Source: Takakia lepidozioides
Lineage: Eukaryota; Plantae; Bryophyta
Assembly (NCBI GenBank): GCA_030704615.1
Contig: CM060734.1
Location: 1,240,001-1,304,000 of the forward strand
Direction: 5' to 3'
DNA: 64,000 nt
In this document: piece after piece, positions 12,940 to 25,314 of the stretch
How the letters are laid out: every line of letters begins with the position of its first letter
How positions within the stretch are numbered: the stretch's first letter is position 1
Notes under the pieces: generated by a model
The model's input: the letters and a program-made list of their open reading frames with translations, nothing else
Told to the model about the DNA's origin: nothing
Databases searched by the model: none
Position numbers and translations under genes: made by a program

Positions 12940-13778
12940 GATTGAGGTGTCGTTGACGCCACCTTAATCTGGCACCTTTCCGAGTAATGGTGAACCTAGG
13001 AAGGCTCAGGAGAAGATTAAGCTGTCATTGACGACAGCTTAATCTTGCCCTGCATTCAACCCAAACCATGGGAAATACACCCTAGAACTACATCAGATTA
13101 AGCTGTCGTTGACGATAGCTTAATCTTGTTCTGCATTCAACCCAAACCATGGGAAATACACCCTAGAACTACAGCAGATTAAGCTGTCGTTGACGATAGC
13201 TTAATCTTGCCCTGCATTCAACCTAAACCATGGGAAAAACACCCTAGAACTACAGCAGTTCAACCCAACCATGGGAAATATACGTAGAATTACAGCAGAT
13301 TAAGCTGTCGTTGACGACAGCTTAATCTTGACCTACATTCAACCTAAACCATGGGAAATACTTAATCTTGCCCTGCATTCAACCCAAACCATGGGAAAAA
13401 CACCCTAGAACTACAGCAGATTAAGCTGTCGTTGACGACAGCTTAATCTTGCCCTGCATTCAACCCAAACCATGGGAAATACACCCTACAACTATAGCAG
13501 ATTAAGCTGTCGTTGACGACAATTTAATCTTGCCCTGCATTCAACCTAAACCATGGAAAAAACACCCTAGAACTACAGCAGATTAAGCTGTCGTTGACGA
13601 CAGCTTAATCTTGCCCTGCATTGAACCCAAACCATGGGAAATACACCCTAGAACTACAGCAGATTAAGTTGTCGTTGACGACAGCTTAATCTTGCCCTGC
13701 AAAAGATGTCATCACATATGCGCAAGGAGGGCTACAAATACTGGAAGATTAAGCTATCGTTGACGACAGCTTAATCTT
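12940..13778. repeat. Intronic tandem array, 81-bp unit, with the 32-bp palindrome AGATTAAGCTGTCGT-TG-ACGACAGCTTAATCT (about 10 copies)
   Basis: Palindromes start at about 12940, 13014, 13095, 13176, 13297, 13418, 13499, 13580, 13661 and 13746. Confidence 0.95.
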
Positions 13779-13816
13779 GCCCCGAATTTTATGTCCTAAC
13801 ACATGTCATTTTGAAG

Positions 13817-16800
13817 AAAAAGAGGAAGAAAGCAGGGGGAAGCCAGCCTCCAGAGGAAACGGTTGTACCTCAAGACATGGACTTAGTTGTGGACGCCAAC
13901 TATGAAGCCAATGTGCATTCTCTTATGTACACCACGAAGGTGAACTCGAGGAAAGTCATCAACTCCATGGAAGTGAAAGACGGCACTCTATTCATTCCTC
14001 TGTGCCGGATGATTTCTATGCCAACAGTTTGGCCTGCCCTTCACTACGATATCAAGAAGCTACAGGGGGATTTTATCCATGGGTACTTGAAGGGTTCAGC
14101 TGTGTTTTACGTGTCAGTGACTGATATCCAGGGATCCAAGAAATTGGTGGACGTAGATATAATGGACAGTTGGGACCCGCTTTGGAAATAAGTGAATACG
14201 GAGTTTGAGATTGAACTTTCACAGAACCCAGCACACGTGTAGTACATGAACAAAATGTTCTTTGTCTGGGATGACAACCACCGTTTGGTGCCCTGGATGG
14301 AGTACATCAACAGGATGTATGTGGAGAACAAAGAGTGGCACTATCGGGTTCTGTCGATGGTCCTGGATCCGGAGGGGAAGTTTACGCAGCTTCTAACTGC
14401 AATGCACGATATCAACAAGTAAGAGTCTTACCCACTTCTTGCCTTCTATTTCATTTTTATGTCAATCTTCAAGCTTTGTCAAATGATGTGTTTGCATTGC
14501 AGGGGCACGGAGACATCCCATGTCACCACCAACATAGTGCATACCCTCTTTTGTATGCAAAGCATAGGAGTGATGTCATTGGAAACGTTCGCCAGTGTCT
14601 TGTCCGCGGACACACTAAAGAAGTGCCAAACGATCAAGAAGTCAGAGACTTGGTACAACCTGACAAGGGAGGTGTTTCTCGACTACTTGTACGCGGTGAG
14701 TTTCTGTATAGACAACCATTCTGGTTGAATTGTGGATATGACATGTTTTTTCTTTGGTTGTGTTGTTGACGAGGGTTAAATGCGTGTGCCACAGCAAGAA
14801 ATAACAGAAGCAGGAGAACGAGCCAAGCTAGAGTATTACGCCACTACATATGAGGATGACAGAATGGCAAACGGGGTGGAGGCAAAAATGAAGACGGACA
14901 TGGATACCTGCAGGAAGAACCTCAAGAGCGCGTTCGACAAACACATTCGAATCGCTGACCCCGGACTGGGAAAGGGGTTTTTGGAGCAGGTTCGGATCCA
15001 CTAGAACAAGCCCACTAAGCCAGAGATGACACAGGAAAAGCTCCACCGCCTTTCTATTTCCATGGTTGACCCTGCTCAGAAAGTGAGGTGGCTGGAAATC
15101 TGGAACTCGGATTTGATCATCCGGGATACAAACAATTTCCCCAAACCATTGAAGGACGCTGAGACTGGGGTGGTGACACCTGTTCGACACTTGGTTGCAC
15201 AAAGTGACCTTCTGGAGCCAGGTGAGACTCTAAAAATATTCTCGCGGTTCCAGCAATGAGTACATGGTTTCTTCTGTTGAATAACTCCAAATTTGGCGGA
15301 TGGTTGTGCAGCTGGAGAAGCGGGCAATTGATACTTTTGAGAAATCACTGCTGGACTACAAGATCACAATGACCACTCCCAGCATCAAGTTCCAGTCATA
15401 CATTCGGAAATGGAGAAGAGAGCTGTGGAAGTATATTTTTTTCCGTGAGTTCCAGAATGAAGGAGGCATTCTCTGCTCGCAGGACTTCGACCATCAGTAT
15501 AACGGGGAGCAGGCAATGAAACGAGTTCTGTACAGGTACTGCCTTCTATGGTGATGGTCCTACATTAAGTTGTCGTTGACGACATCTTAAAACATGCATT
15601 ATCATTAGTGCACCTAGTAATTTTTCGACACTGAACATAGAATTCCATGTATGAATGGGGTCGATTTAAGGTGGCGTTGACAACACCTTAAATTGGTGCC
15701 CTTTGGGCTCTTGAAAACGGGAGAGTTGAACACGTCTATTTCGTGTTCTTCTGCAGGTCTTCATTTTTTGTTGAGCTTCCAGCAGTTTAAGATATCGTCA
15801 ACAACATCTTAAAACAAACATTCTTTTTAGTCCAGCAAGTCATTTTTCGTCACTCAACAAAAAAATACCATGTGGGCAGGGGGTCGATTTAAGGTGGCGT
15901 TGATGACACCTTAAATGGGTGCCCTTTGGGCTTTTGGAAACGGTTGGGTTGAGCATGTCTGCTTCGTGTTCTTCTGCAACTCTTCATTTTTTGTTGAACT
16001 TCCTGCAGTTTAAGATGTCGTCAACGACATCTTAATCTACAGTCTGAAAATCTGGAGAGAACAAGTAAGTTCTTGTGGTGTGTTGGGAGATATGCTCTGA
16101 GGAGGTTCACTTGTGTGGATGCAGGTACTTTCACTTCGTTCTTATTCCAGAGAAGGCTCTTAGTGATGATCCGGACTTCATTCGTGGATAGGCGAACCCA
16201 GACGACGACACCACAATGTTCACTGCGGGAATTGTGAAGGACTGGGGTCGGGCTCATTACCGCGACTGCGGGTGGTACGTCGACTGCCCGAGGCAGTCCA
16301 CTCCGTGGGAGGAGAACGTCTTGAGAATCAGAATGAGAATGCAGATGCCTTGGCACCCCGGACAGAGGAAGAGTTGCAGGCTAGGTTCCTTGCGCAGCTG
16401 AGTAAGAAGGAGCTAGCAAAAACGGCCACCCCCGCGGGTGGGAAGAAGAAAAATAAAGGGAAACAGACCGCAGAGGCAGGTGGGTCTGCCGGTGCTGCGG
16501 GTGGCATTGACGCTGGGTCAGGCCCTACAGGGACTAGTGGGGTAGTTCTTGATCGCCCACAGGCAGATGATCGCATTGTGCGTACAGAGGGCCAGCAAAT
16601 TTCCCTCCCAGCTGATGAAAGGACTACCCACAGGGCAGGGAAACGCCCTTACGAAGCCCGCCTGTGTGTCTCCAGAGTAGTGGGTCCGCACTTCCAGCGG
16701 AAAACATCAAACGTCAGCTTCCTGCGTATGATGGAGTCTAAGAAGTCCACATTCACAGGGGTCAAATCTCCTGCATGGGACCATCTCTACTCTTTCCTCA

Positions 16801-17644
16801 CCCTAGTAAGGCCCATGCATCTTTCAACTTTGATTCCCATTTCATGACATTGTGGGGTGTGCGGATGTGGTGGATTAAGATGTCCTCAACGCCATCTTAA
16901 TCCAGCAGTTCTTTCTACTGCCAGTTCCCTGAATGAACACCAACCACCCAATTTGATTCGTTTGCATTTGCTTTTGGCAGGTGACCAAGAATCCATGCTG
17001 GTGAACGGTGTCCAGTAGCCCTACGCCACTGACATTGTGATCCTTGACATCCCAGATGTGCAGCCTGTACTTGATATCATTCCCCCTGCTGTGATTCCAC
17101 AGTGGAATGCTCATAACCCTCTGTATTGGCAGTGGGCATTCTCTTTCAGCAACAAGTTCCTCTCTGACGCAGGGGGCCTTCTGATATTTCAATCTGACGA
17201 CATGGCATCCCGTCGGATTCTTCATAGCTACATGAAGTCCTCTTGGTTCCAAATCAACAAAATATGGACATGTGTTAATACCCCTACCTCTTTCGAAGGG
17301 GGAGTTTCCAGGGCAGAAGGTATTTCCTGTGACTTTCATTGTCTTTGTTCGTGTTGTCGTGGAATACCCATAGTTGCTGACAAATTTCCATTGCAGCTGG
17401 TGCAGACCCATGTCTTCAAGGCGATTTGTCTGTCTCGAATTTGGCCTGCCAACACTCCAGATTATGTTGGGCATTTCGACGTTTGGGGAGGAGGTCTGCA
17501 CATAGACCTAGATTGCGACCCAGTGGAATCCGATGTTGTTCACAACTATGTGGATGCGTCGCAGACTTTGAAAAAAATTGGAGGCATTCCATGGAGAGGT
17601 GCCCGGGAGAAGTCGCCCGCGTTCATGCAGACCTTCATTGAGAC
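13817..17644 (+). pseudogene. Cargo gene 1, main part: ParB/Srx-like domain plus the N-terminal part of a beta-class DNA MTase-like domain. Exons about 13817-14418, 14503-14695, 14795-15221, 15312-15535, 16125-16805, 16981-17319, 17397-17644; low-complexity 5' exons at about 11.3-12.9 kb
   Basis: KMFFVWDDNHRLVPW (GxxR-like, 14267-14284), DIVILDIPD, PWRGAREKSPAFMQTFIET. Intron positions match gene 2. Contains in-frame stops and frameshifts. Confidence 0.75.
15560..16040. repeat. Five more variant palindromes (TTAAGnTGnCGT-TG/CA-ACnnCAnCTTAA) in a duplicated unit of about 222 bp, in another intron of gene 1
   Basis: Copies at about 15565, 15664, 15786, 15887 and 16009; further singletons at about 12341, 12435, 12558 and 16873. 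Confidence 0.85.
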
Positions 17645-18031
17645 CAGCGTAGCTATGGCGTGAGCCCAGCCCCGTGAGCCTGGGAGCTAAGCTCACGTTG
17701 TAGCTGCAAAGCATGGCACAAATCTGCTGGAGAAGCAGGTCCTATAGGCGAGGATTGCAAGAAGAGGGCCTATTACCGTGGACAAAACAAAGGGGGCCAC
17801 CATGCACCATGTCTGCAATGCCTGCACAAAAAGAGGAATATGAAAATATGGCAGAATTGAGCTCAGAATGATTGACACACTTTATTTCAATTCACAGATA
17901 GACGCTTACAATGAATGGCATGTGCATTTGCCCTGGTTCCGTGAACGAAATGTATGTGTTTGTCATAAATGCAAAGTCTTCACACGGTAACCTGGAAACC
18001 AGCGTGGGAAGCGGGCATGGCTCGTATGTGT

Positions 18032-21000
18032 TCAAAGAGAATTTGGCGGAGCCCTACGTGAGGTGTCCCGCTGCAGAAGGGTGATGACTTCTCCGTAGCC
18101 TAGTGTGGCTTGGTGAATGAATTGGTCTCTCTTACCGTCGCAACACATAATTACAAGGTATATGTAATATTGATACTTGCAGGGGACCCACTTCCCTCTC
18201 ATGCCGAGAGCGCCCTCACGCATCGTTACAAAATCCGGACAAGTGCAAGTAGGGAAATTCCCCACGGTAACCTGATATTCTTTGCCATGAAGAACTGAGC
18301 CAATAGACAGCACTGTGTAAATCCGTCCATACCCCGGGGCAGGGACTTCGGTGATACGAGCCACCCGAGCCTGCAAAATTCTAGCCGATTCCATCTTGCA
18401 TTTGTGATCTGCACCCGAAGCGACACGACACACTGTTTTTCCATCTCTTTTTGTTGGGTGGGAGTCGGCACCGGGTGGAGGCATTGCCGGAGCATGTGGC
18501 ACATCTGTTCCGACAGTGCACAAGGGCACCACCCGGGACCGTGCAAGACAAAACCCTCCCTCCTCCAGCATGCTTATCTCGGTTGTTGACAGCGACGTCC
18601 CAAGTTTCACAGGCCAAATTGAGGGGGTTTGATTATCACCGAAGGACGAATTGTTCCCTTGACGCATCGTGCCATATCGTCTGGGCAGAACCAGAACTTG
18701 TGGTCCTTTGACTCCCCACTATGATAAGGTCGGAACAACCCTGTGAATGTTGGAGGTGGAGTCCCCCTGGAGCCTTTGCATATTTTTTGATTTGCATTTC
18801 TTGAAAGAGGGGGTCCGAATTGCCATGCAAGCAACTCTAGATCCTGGTGGGGTGCGTTCTATATGCCACTCACTATCAATGCAATCAGATTCCTGCACCA
18901 TGGCCACCACCTCCTCCAATGGGATTCCTGCTGCTGTGCTTGCATGTTCTGCACCTGCTCCACTGGAGGAGGACCCACCTGGGAAGGGGCTGGCACACGA
19001 CTTACTCTGCACTGGAGACACCTTTGGCACAGAGAAATTGACCCTGTCTGGGAGATGGGAATCTCCATCTGACCCTGGAAGAGTGTTCAATTTCCTTTTG
19101 CATGATCCAAATCTTTCCTCGCCTTCCAAATGAGGGAGCCTGGATTGCAAAGGGGAGCCTTCAGTGCACCTGTTCAGAGCTCTGGCTATCTTCGATGGGT
19201 CTCCGGACCTACTCGCAGCCCTTAGCATCAACAAAGTCGTACCGGGGCCCTTGCCTCCACCCCGTCCCATCATAAAATTGCGGTACCTGGTTTGTTGTGT
19301 AAGTGCCCGCACCATGTCATCAGCAGTGACCACATACAAGTCACGACCTGCTTTGGCAGATTGCTGCATCCAGGCGTTGTGAACAGTCTCTGCCAAATTA
19401 CAAGATGGCATGTCGGCCAAGTCCTCCAAGGACATGTCCTGTAGGAGGCATTGCATGGAAATGTGAGGAACGAAAGGAAATGGAAGAGGTTCTGCAAGCG
19501 ACAATCCAAGAACCCCAAATGAACAGGCACGATGCAAAATGTGTGTTTTTGGGATTGAAGAGGCTTACCGTCGTCATGAAAGCTCCCCACTGTCTGTACC
19601 TGAAGTGCCAGAAAACCAACCAGTCCTCCAACTCCTTCAGGTGGATACCAGTAGTAGCACCAGAGGAGAACCACCAAGCCCGGATTGCCTGGTAAGTGCT
19701 CTCAGCTTCTCCCATTGAGGTGGCATTTTTGTACTTGAGACAGAGCCTTCTGTGCTCCAACTGAAGGTCAGGGCGAATGCAGCACTTTGTATAACGTGCC
19801 AGAGATTGACTCCAATGGAAGAGGCATGTGCGTTCCCTATTTTCCATTGGGACCTTAGGATCCCCCGAACCAAACACGCGCCGCACTGCATTGAAATTTG
19901 CCTGTGCACTGTCAGCCATGAAGCCCGCAAAATTTGTGTTCTGTATTCCATTGTGTTGCATGACGGCCAAGAGTGAATTCCACATGAGCATCTGGGATTC
20001 AGTGTCCTCCAACTGCATATCACAAATTGCTATTGAGAGCACACGCTGGTACGCTGGATCATACACATGGCATGCCATGGTTGTCCAACCCTTCACCCGT
20101 TTGCAATGATCAAACATCAACCAACATTTAGCCAAATCTCCTCCAGGTTGCATTCGGCGGACAATGCTCACACCACTGCCTTCGCCCACTGCGGACATCT
20201 TGAACAAATACACCTTGGACGAGTCCTGGCCAGGGAAGATACTGTTTTGAATGAATTCATAGCGACTTCTCCGTTTGAGGTCCATAATGTTGTCCATGAA
20301 TCCAGCAGTGCCTGTGCCGACTCTGAGTGCATTCACCTGGTTTTGAATATTGGGAGAGCTCAACACGGAGAAATGGTCCATCACTACATCAAGCGAATCT
20401 GCATCCAGCATTGGTTGTGTCGAATCCCCTTCACCCAGTATGTGTTTTTCCAGGAAAGCCTTGCTAGCTGCAAGCGCTATAGCAAAAGGTGTTGCACAAG
20501 GGGCATTGTGGAACTCCTGCTTCAGCAGATTTCTGCGATGTCCCACGCTATCCCTGCAACTTCCTTTGGACACAGGATGCTCAATGCACCCATCTGAATG
20601 CAGGCACGAGTCATTGTTCTTGCTCGGTGTGCCACCTGGTACATACGAGCGTGGCAGCAACAGAACAACAAGACTGGGAAAGTTTGCAGAACCTGCACAC
20701 AAAAGTATTGGTCTTGGGAGGGGCAAGTCCTGGGGTGAAAGGATTTAGGGGCACACCTTCCCACTCACTTTTGTTTGGTTGAGCGTTGTTTCTCGTCCGA
20801 GGGCACGAAATATTCAGGCACTTGCAATGCCCAACGCAAACCGACCTTCGAAATTTTCAATCCAATGTCGTTTGTGGATGTTCGACGTTTTTGTCCTGCA
20901 CCAAGGGTGTCCGTCATGTTTCTTGTCCATGCCCCTGCAGAAGCCCAGCCAGTCCATTGGAAGAACGTGGGAGGATTGAGCTCAAACAATATGTCCCCAT

Positions 21001-21430
21001 CAAACTCTGCTGGCACGTATTGAACCCGCTCAACACAGGGACTTCCAATCAACAAAAACGCAGCTCGCTCTTGCACCCAGGCACCCCTGCGAGGCTTAAT
21101 TTTGGAATATACTCGTTATCTCTTGCAATTCGTTCACCATCCAAGAATGGAGTCTGCACTGGCGGAGGAATCTCAGAAACATCCTCCAGAGGACGAGTCT
21201 GAAAGAGTCACGAATTTAGTGGGATGTGCTCACCTCTTGTTTCACATGAACTGTGCCCTTTTGTTGCACACCGATGCTGCAGTTCCAGGGGTAATGACTG
21301 TCCTGGCTGATTGTCTTCTCTCTTTCCAAGGACACGGTATGTGCCTGGAAGGACTCTCCACTTCTTCCCACTCGCCAACCAATGGTTTCTCCAAGTGTCC
21401 AGAATCCAAATTCCCATCCTCGTCATACAC
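18032..21430 (-). pseudogene. MULE (Mutator-type DDE) transposase with a C-terminal SWIM zinc finger; intron 19439-19568; several frameshifts
   Basis: Core WLMFDHCKRVKGWTTMACHVYD...GFMADSAQANFNAVRRVF...RTCLFHWSQS (D, D, CxxH) and SWIM-like YQVTVGNFPTCTCPDF...VPCKYQYYI. The 5' boundary is approximate. Confidence 0.85.
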
Positions 21431-22970
21431 CTCTTTTTGAACAAGCAGAGAACCAATTCCAGTGGGAACACTGTAACCAGCTCATCCTCATGAACAATTG
21501 CAAACCCATCGTCGTTGCAGTGGCAGTCAGTGGAAGACTACCTGCATTGGAATGAAATCGGGCGAGTCTATCTCGCTCCTTCGACATGTTTTCCCTACCT
21601 GACCGAAAGTTGCGATTCACAACGGAATCCCCGACTGAGAGCCGTAATTCTCGAAAGGGGATCCATCACAACAATTGAGGTCAACAAGGGTAGCACTAAC
21701 CCAAAGGCTACGGGCGATGCATCAAAAGAGTAGGAATGACATGCACTGAACTTCGCAGACAACACGCTGAAGACACCAACTACTATAAAAACTGTTTTCA
21801 AGAGAAGAAGCCACAAGAAGCCGTGCTGTTTTTGGATGAAAAACAAACCCTGAACATGACATGAAACCATCCATTATGGAAAGACGGCAACAACCCTGGA
21901 GAGCAGTAAACAGGAAGACCCCGAATGTAATGAGGTTGTGCTGTGCCAGAAGAGCACACACAAACCTGACACTTCAAGAGTCACCTCGCACGCACGATGT
22001 GTGCAACACAAGATCATTTCCGACACAACCCTTTATACCGAATGACCCCATGGCGATGATGACGGAAAAATGCAAACCACAGGGTAGGCAGTACGACACA
22101 CGTGGATGCATATGTGAAGCATAACATTTATGGCGAATCTGCAAGAACTGCTCGAATTGAACTAGCATTAGATTTCTACGGCACTTCCGAATTTGAAAGA
22201 ATAAAGAAGGCCGCCATGTATTGGCTGGCGGCGAAGTAACATCTGACATATATCACAAGTACATGCAACGGATGTACATTTTTCTAGCACTTTATTTCTT
22301 GGATAATACAAAGACGCCGAAATGGATGAATTCCGTTCGCACACAATAACAACCCCCGCATCCAAATACGGTTGACATGTCCAATTTTGATTTTGGTTAC
22401 ATGTCATAGCAACCTTTGTTGCAAACGTCAAACTGGAGAGCTCCAGAGGCATCGTGGGGAGCCCTTGTTTCCAGCGGAGGAGGAAGAGAAGGAGTCATTA
22501 TACTTCACACAAGCTCTAGAAACAGGATAGAGCCAGATATAGAATGAGGATGGAAAGAGGGACGAGAGGAAAAGGCGGAAGAAGAGGGTCAAAGAGGAAA
22601 GTATGCGATGGAAAGAGCAGGAATCCGGGAGAAACAGCAGCCTGCCATAGTTCCAAGAAACATGAGGAGACACTGCATCCGAGGAGAAGACAGCCGCCGA
22701 AGATGATGTTGTGCTGGCCTCACGAAGAACCTCATAGTGGAAGAGAGGATGGGGGAGATGCTCCAAACATGCGATGCGCGTGGAGAGCAGTCCGAAGCGC
22801 CAAGGTTCCCGCGATTGGGAAGTCTTCTGGAGCAGCCCAAAAAAAGTACATCTTTGAAAACCACCTTTTGTGCTTCATTGCTGATGTGAACCCCAGTTGA
22901 GATTGTATTTTTGATATGAACTAGTCTACACACGACATCTCTGCTAGGTTGCATCAACCGCGAACAAGAA

Positions 22971-25200
22971 GCTCAAAACAGTGTGCGTTGACGTACACTG
23001 TTTGAGCCTTCCATTTTGCTTCTTGTTGATGTGGCAAACGGCCAAATTGGGGAACTAGGGCAGGTTCCATCCACCACGAATTGGAAGCTCAAACAGTGTG
23101 CGTTGACGCACACTGTTGACCCCCCATTTACTTGGTTGTTGGTGTGCAAATGGCCAGATAGGGCCACTATGCCGGTTCAAATCCTCCTCCACTATTTGGA
23201 AGCTCAAACAGTGTGCGTTGACGCACACTGTTTTGAGCCCCCCTTATCATTTTTTCTTCTCATCAAAAAAATTACCCACCAGGGTATCTCTTTTGAGGTT
23301 CAATCATCAATTTCCTGGTAGCTCCAACAGTGTGCGTCAACGCACATGTTTGAGCTCCCCTTGTCATTGTTTTTTCGTTTCACAATCGGCCACACAGGGC
23401 GTGTCTCTGGTTCAATGAACACTTACCTAGTAGCTCAAACAGTGTGCGTTTATGGTGCACACTGTTTGGCCCACCTTCTCATTGATTTTTCATTCTGAAA
23501 AACGGCCACAAACGGCATGTATTTGAGGATAATCATCAACTTAACCTAGCAAGCTCAAACAGTGTGCGTCAACGCACATTGTTTGACGCACCTTGTCATT
23601 GCCTTTGTCCTCCCCTGAAAATCGGCCACATAGGTAGTATTTGAGGATCAATCATCACTTACCTGGCAACTCAAACATTGTGTCGTCAACGCACACTGTT
23701 TGAGCTCACCTGTCATTGTTTTTTCGTTTGAAAATCGGCCACAATAGGGCATGTCTTTGAGGATCAAAGAACCTTACTTGGCAGCTCAAACAGTGTGCGT
23801 TGGCGCACACTTTTTGAGCCCACCTTCTCATGTTTTTTTCATCTGGAAATCGGCCACAAAAGGGCATGTATTTGATGATCAATGAACACTTACCCCTGGC
23901 AGCTCAACAGTGTGCGTCAACGCACACTTTTGAGCCCACCTTGTCACTGTTTTTTTCCTGTGAAATTCGGCAATACAGGGCATGTCTGTGAGGATCATGA
24001 ACACTTACCTGGCAGCTCAATAGTGTGCGTCACCGCACACTGTTTGAGCCCCCATGTCATTGTTTTTTTCGTTTGAAAATCGGCCACAAGGCTTGTCTCT
24101 GAGGATCAATCATCACTTACCTCCTGGCAGCTCAAACAGTATGCGTCACGCACCTGTTTGGAGCCCACCTTCTCATTGTTTTTTTTTGTTTGAAAATTGG
24201 CCACACAGGGCATGTAACTGAGGATCAATGAACACTTTCAAACAGTGTGCATTGGCGCATACTGTTTGAGCCCAACTTCTCAATTATTTTTTTATCTGAA
24301 AAAGGCCACAAACAGCATGTTTTGAGGATCAATCATCACATACCTGGCAGCTCAACAGGTGTGTGTCAACGCACACTGTTTGAGCTGACCTTGTCATTGC
24401 CTTTGTCATCTGAAATCGGGCCACATAGGCATGTATTTGAGGATCAATCAATCACTTTACCTGGCAGTTTCCAACAGTGTGCGTCAACGCACACTGTTTG
24501 AGCTCACTTCTCATTTTTTGTCATCTGAAAAAAGGCCACAAAGGGCATGTATTTGAAGATCAATTCAGCACTTACGTGCCACTCAAACAATGTGCGTCAA
24601 CGCACACTGTTTGAGCTCACCTTGTCATTGCCTTTGTCATCTGAAAATCGACCACATAGGGTATGTATTTGAGGATCATCATCACTTACCTGGCAGCTCA
24701 AACAGTGTGCGTCACGACACTGTTTGAGCCCACCTTGTCATTGTTTTTTTCCTATGATATTCGGCAACACAGGGGTACGTCTGTGAGGATCACGAACACT
24801 TACCTGGCAGCTCAAACAGTGTGCGTCAACGCACACTGTTTGAGTCTCACATTTTCTTTGTTTTTTTCATCTGAAAATCGGCCACTAAGGGATGTCTTTG
24901 AGGTTCAATGAACACGTTACCTGACATGTTCTGTACAATGGACTCAAACAGTGTGCGTCAACGCACACTGTTTGAGCCCACCTTGTCATTGTTTTTTTCT
25001 TGTGAAATTCGGCATCATGGGGCATGTCTTTGAGGTTCAATGCACACTTATCAGGCAGCTCAAACAGTGTGCGTCAATGCACACTGTTTGAGCCCACCTT
25101 GTCATTGCTTTTTTCATTTGAATAGGGCCAAATTTCATGTTCAAAACACTTGAATTTGGAAGCTGAAACATTGTGCGGCAACGCACGGTGTTTTCGGCCC
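22971..25200. repeat. Intronic tandem array, unit about 115-120 bp, with the 36-bp palindrome GCTCAAACAGTGTGCGT-CA-ACGCACACTGTTTGAGC (about 20 copies)
   Basis: Palindrome recurs about every 118 bp. The first three copies have centre TG and most later copies have CA. Linkers are related to one another rather than unique. Confidence 0.95.
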
Positions 25201-25314
25201 CCACAATGCTTGTTTTCTGGTGAGAAATTTGGCCACACAGGGCCTGTCTGCCATGCTCAAACACCATCGTTTCATGCCTGTCTCTTATATCAATTTGAAT
25301 GAACAACCATGCAG

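Noticed and set aside
12940-13778. CRISPR array
   Set aside because: Linkers between palindromes are near-identical rather than unique spacers, there are no cas genes, and the context is a eukaryotic intron
17645-22400. Assigning the transposase to element 1
   Set aside because: The TSD and the restored reading frame place it inside nested element 2
22971-25200. CRISPR array, or the short ORFs within it
   Set aside because: Linkers are diverged copies of one unit, and the ORFs are translations of the repeat
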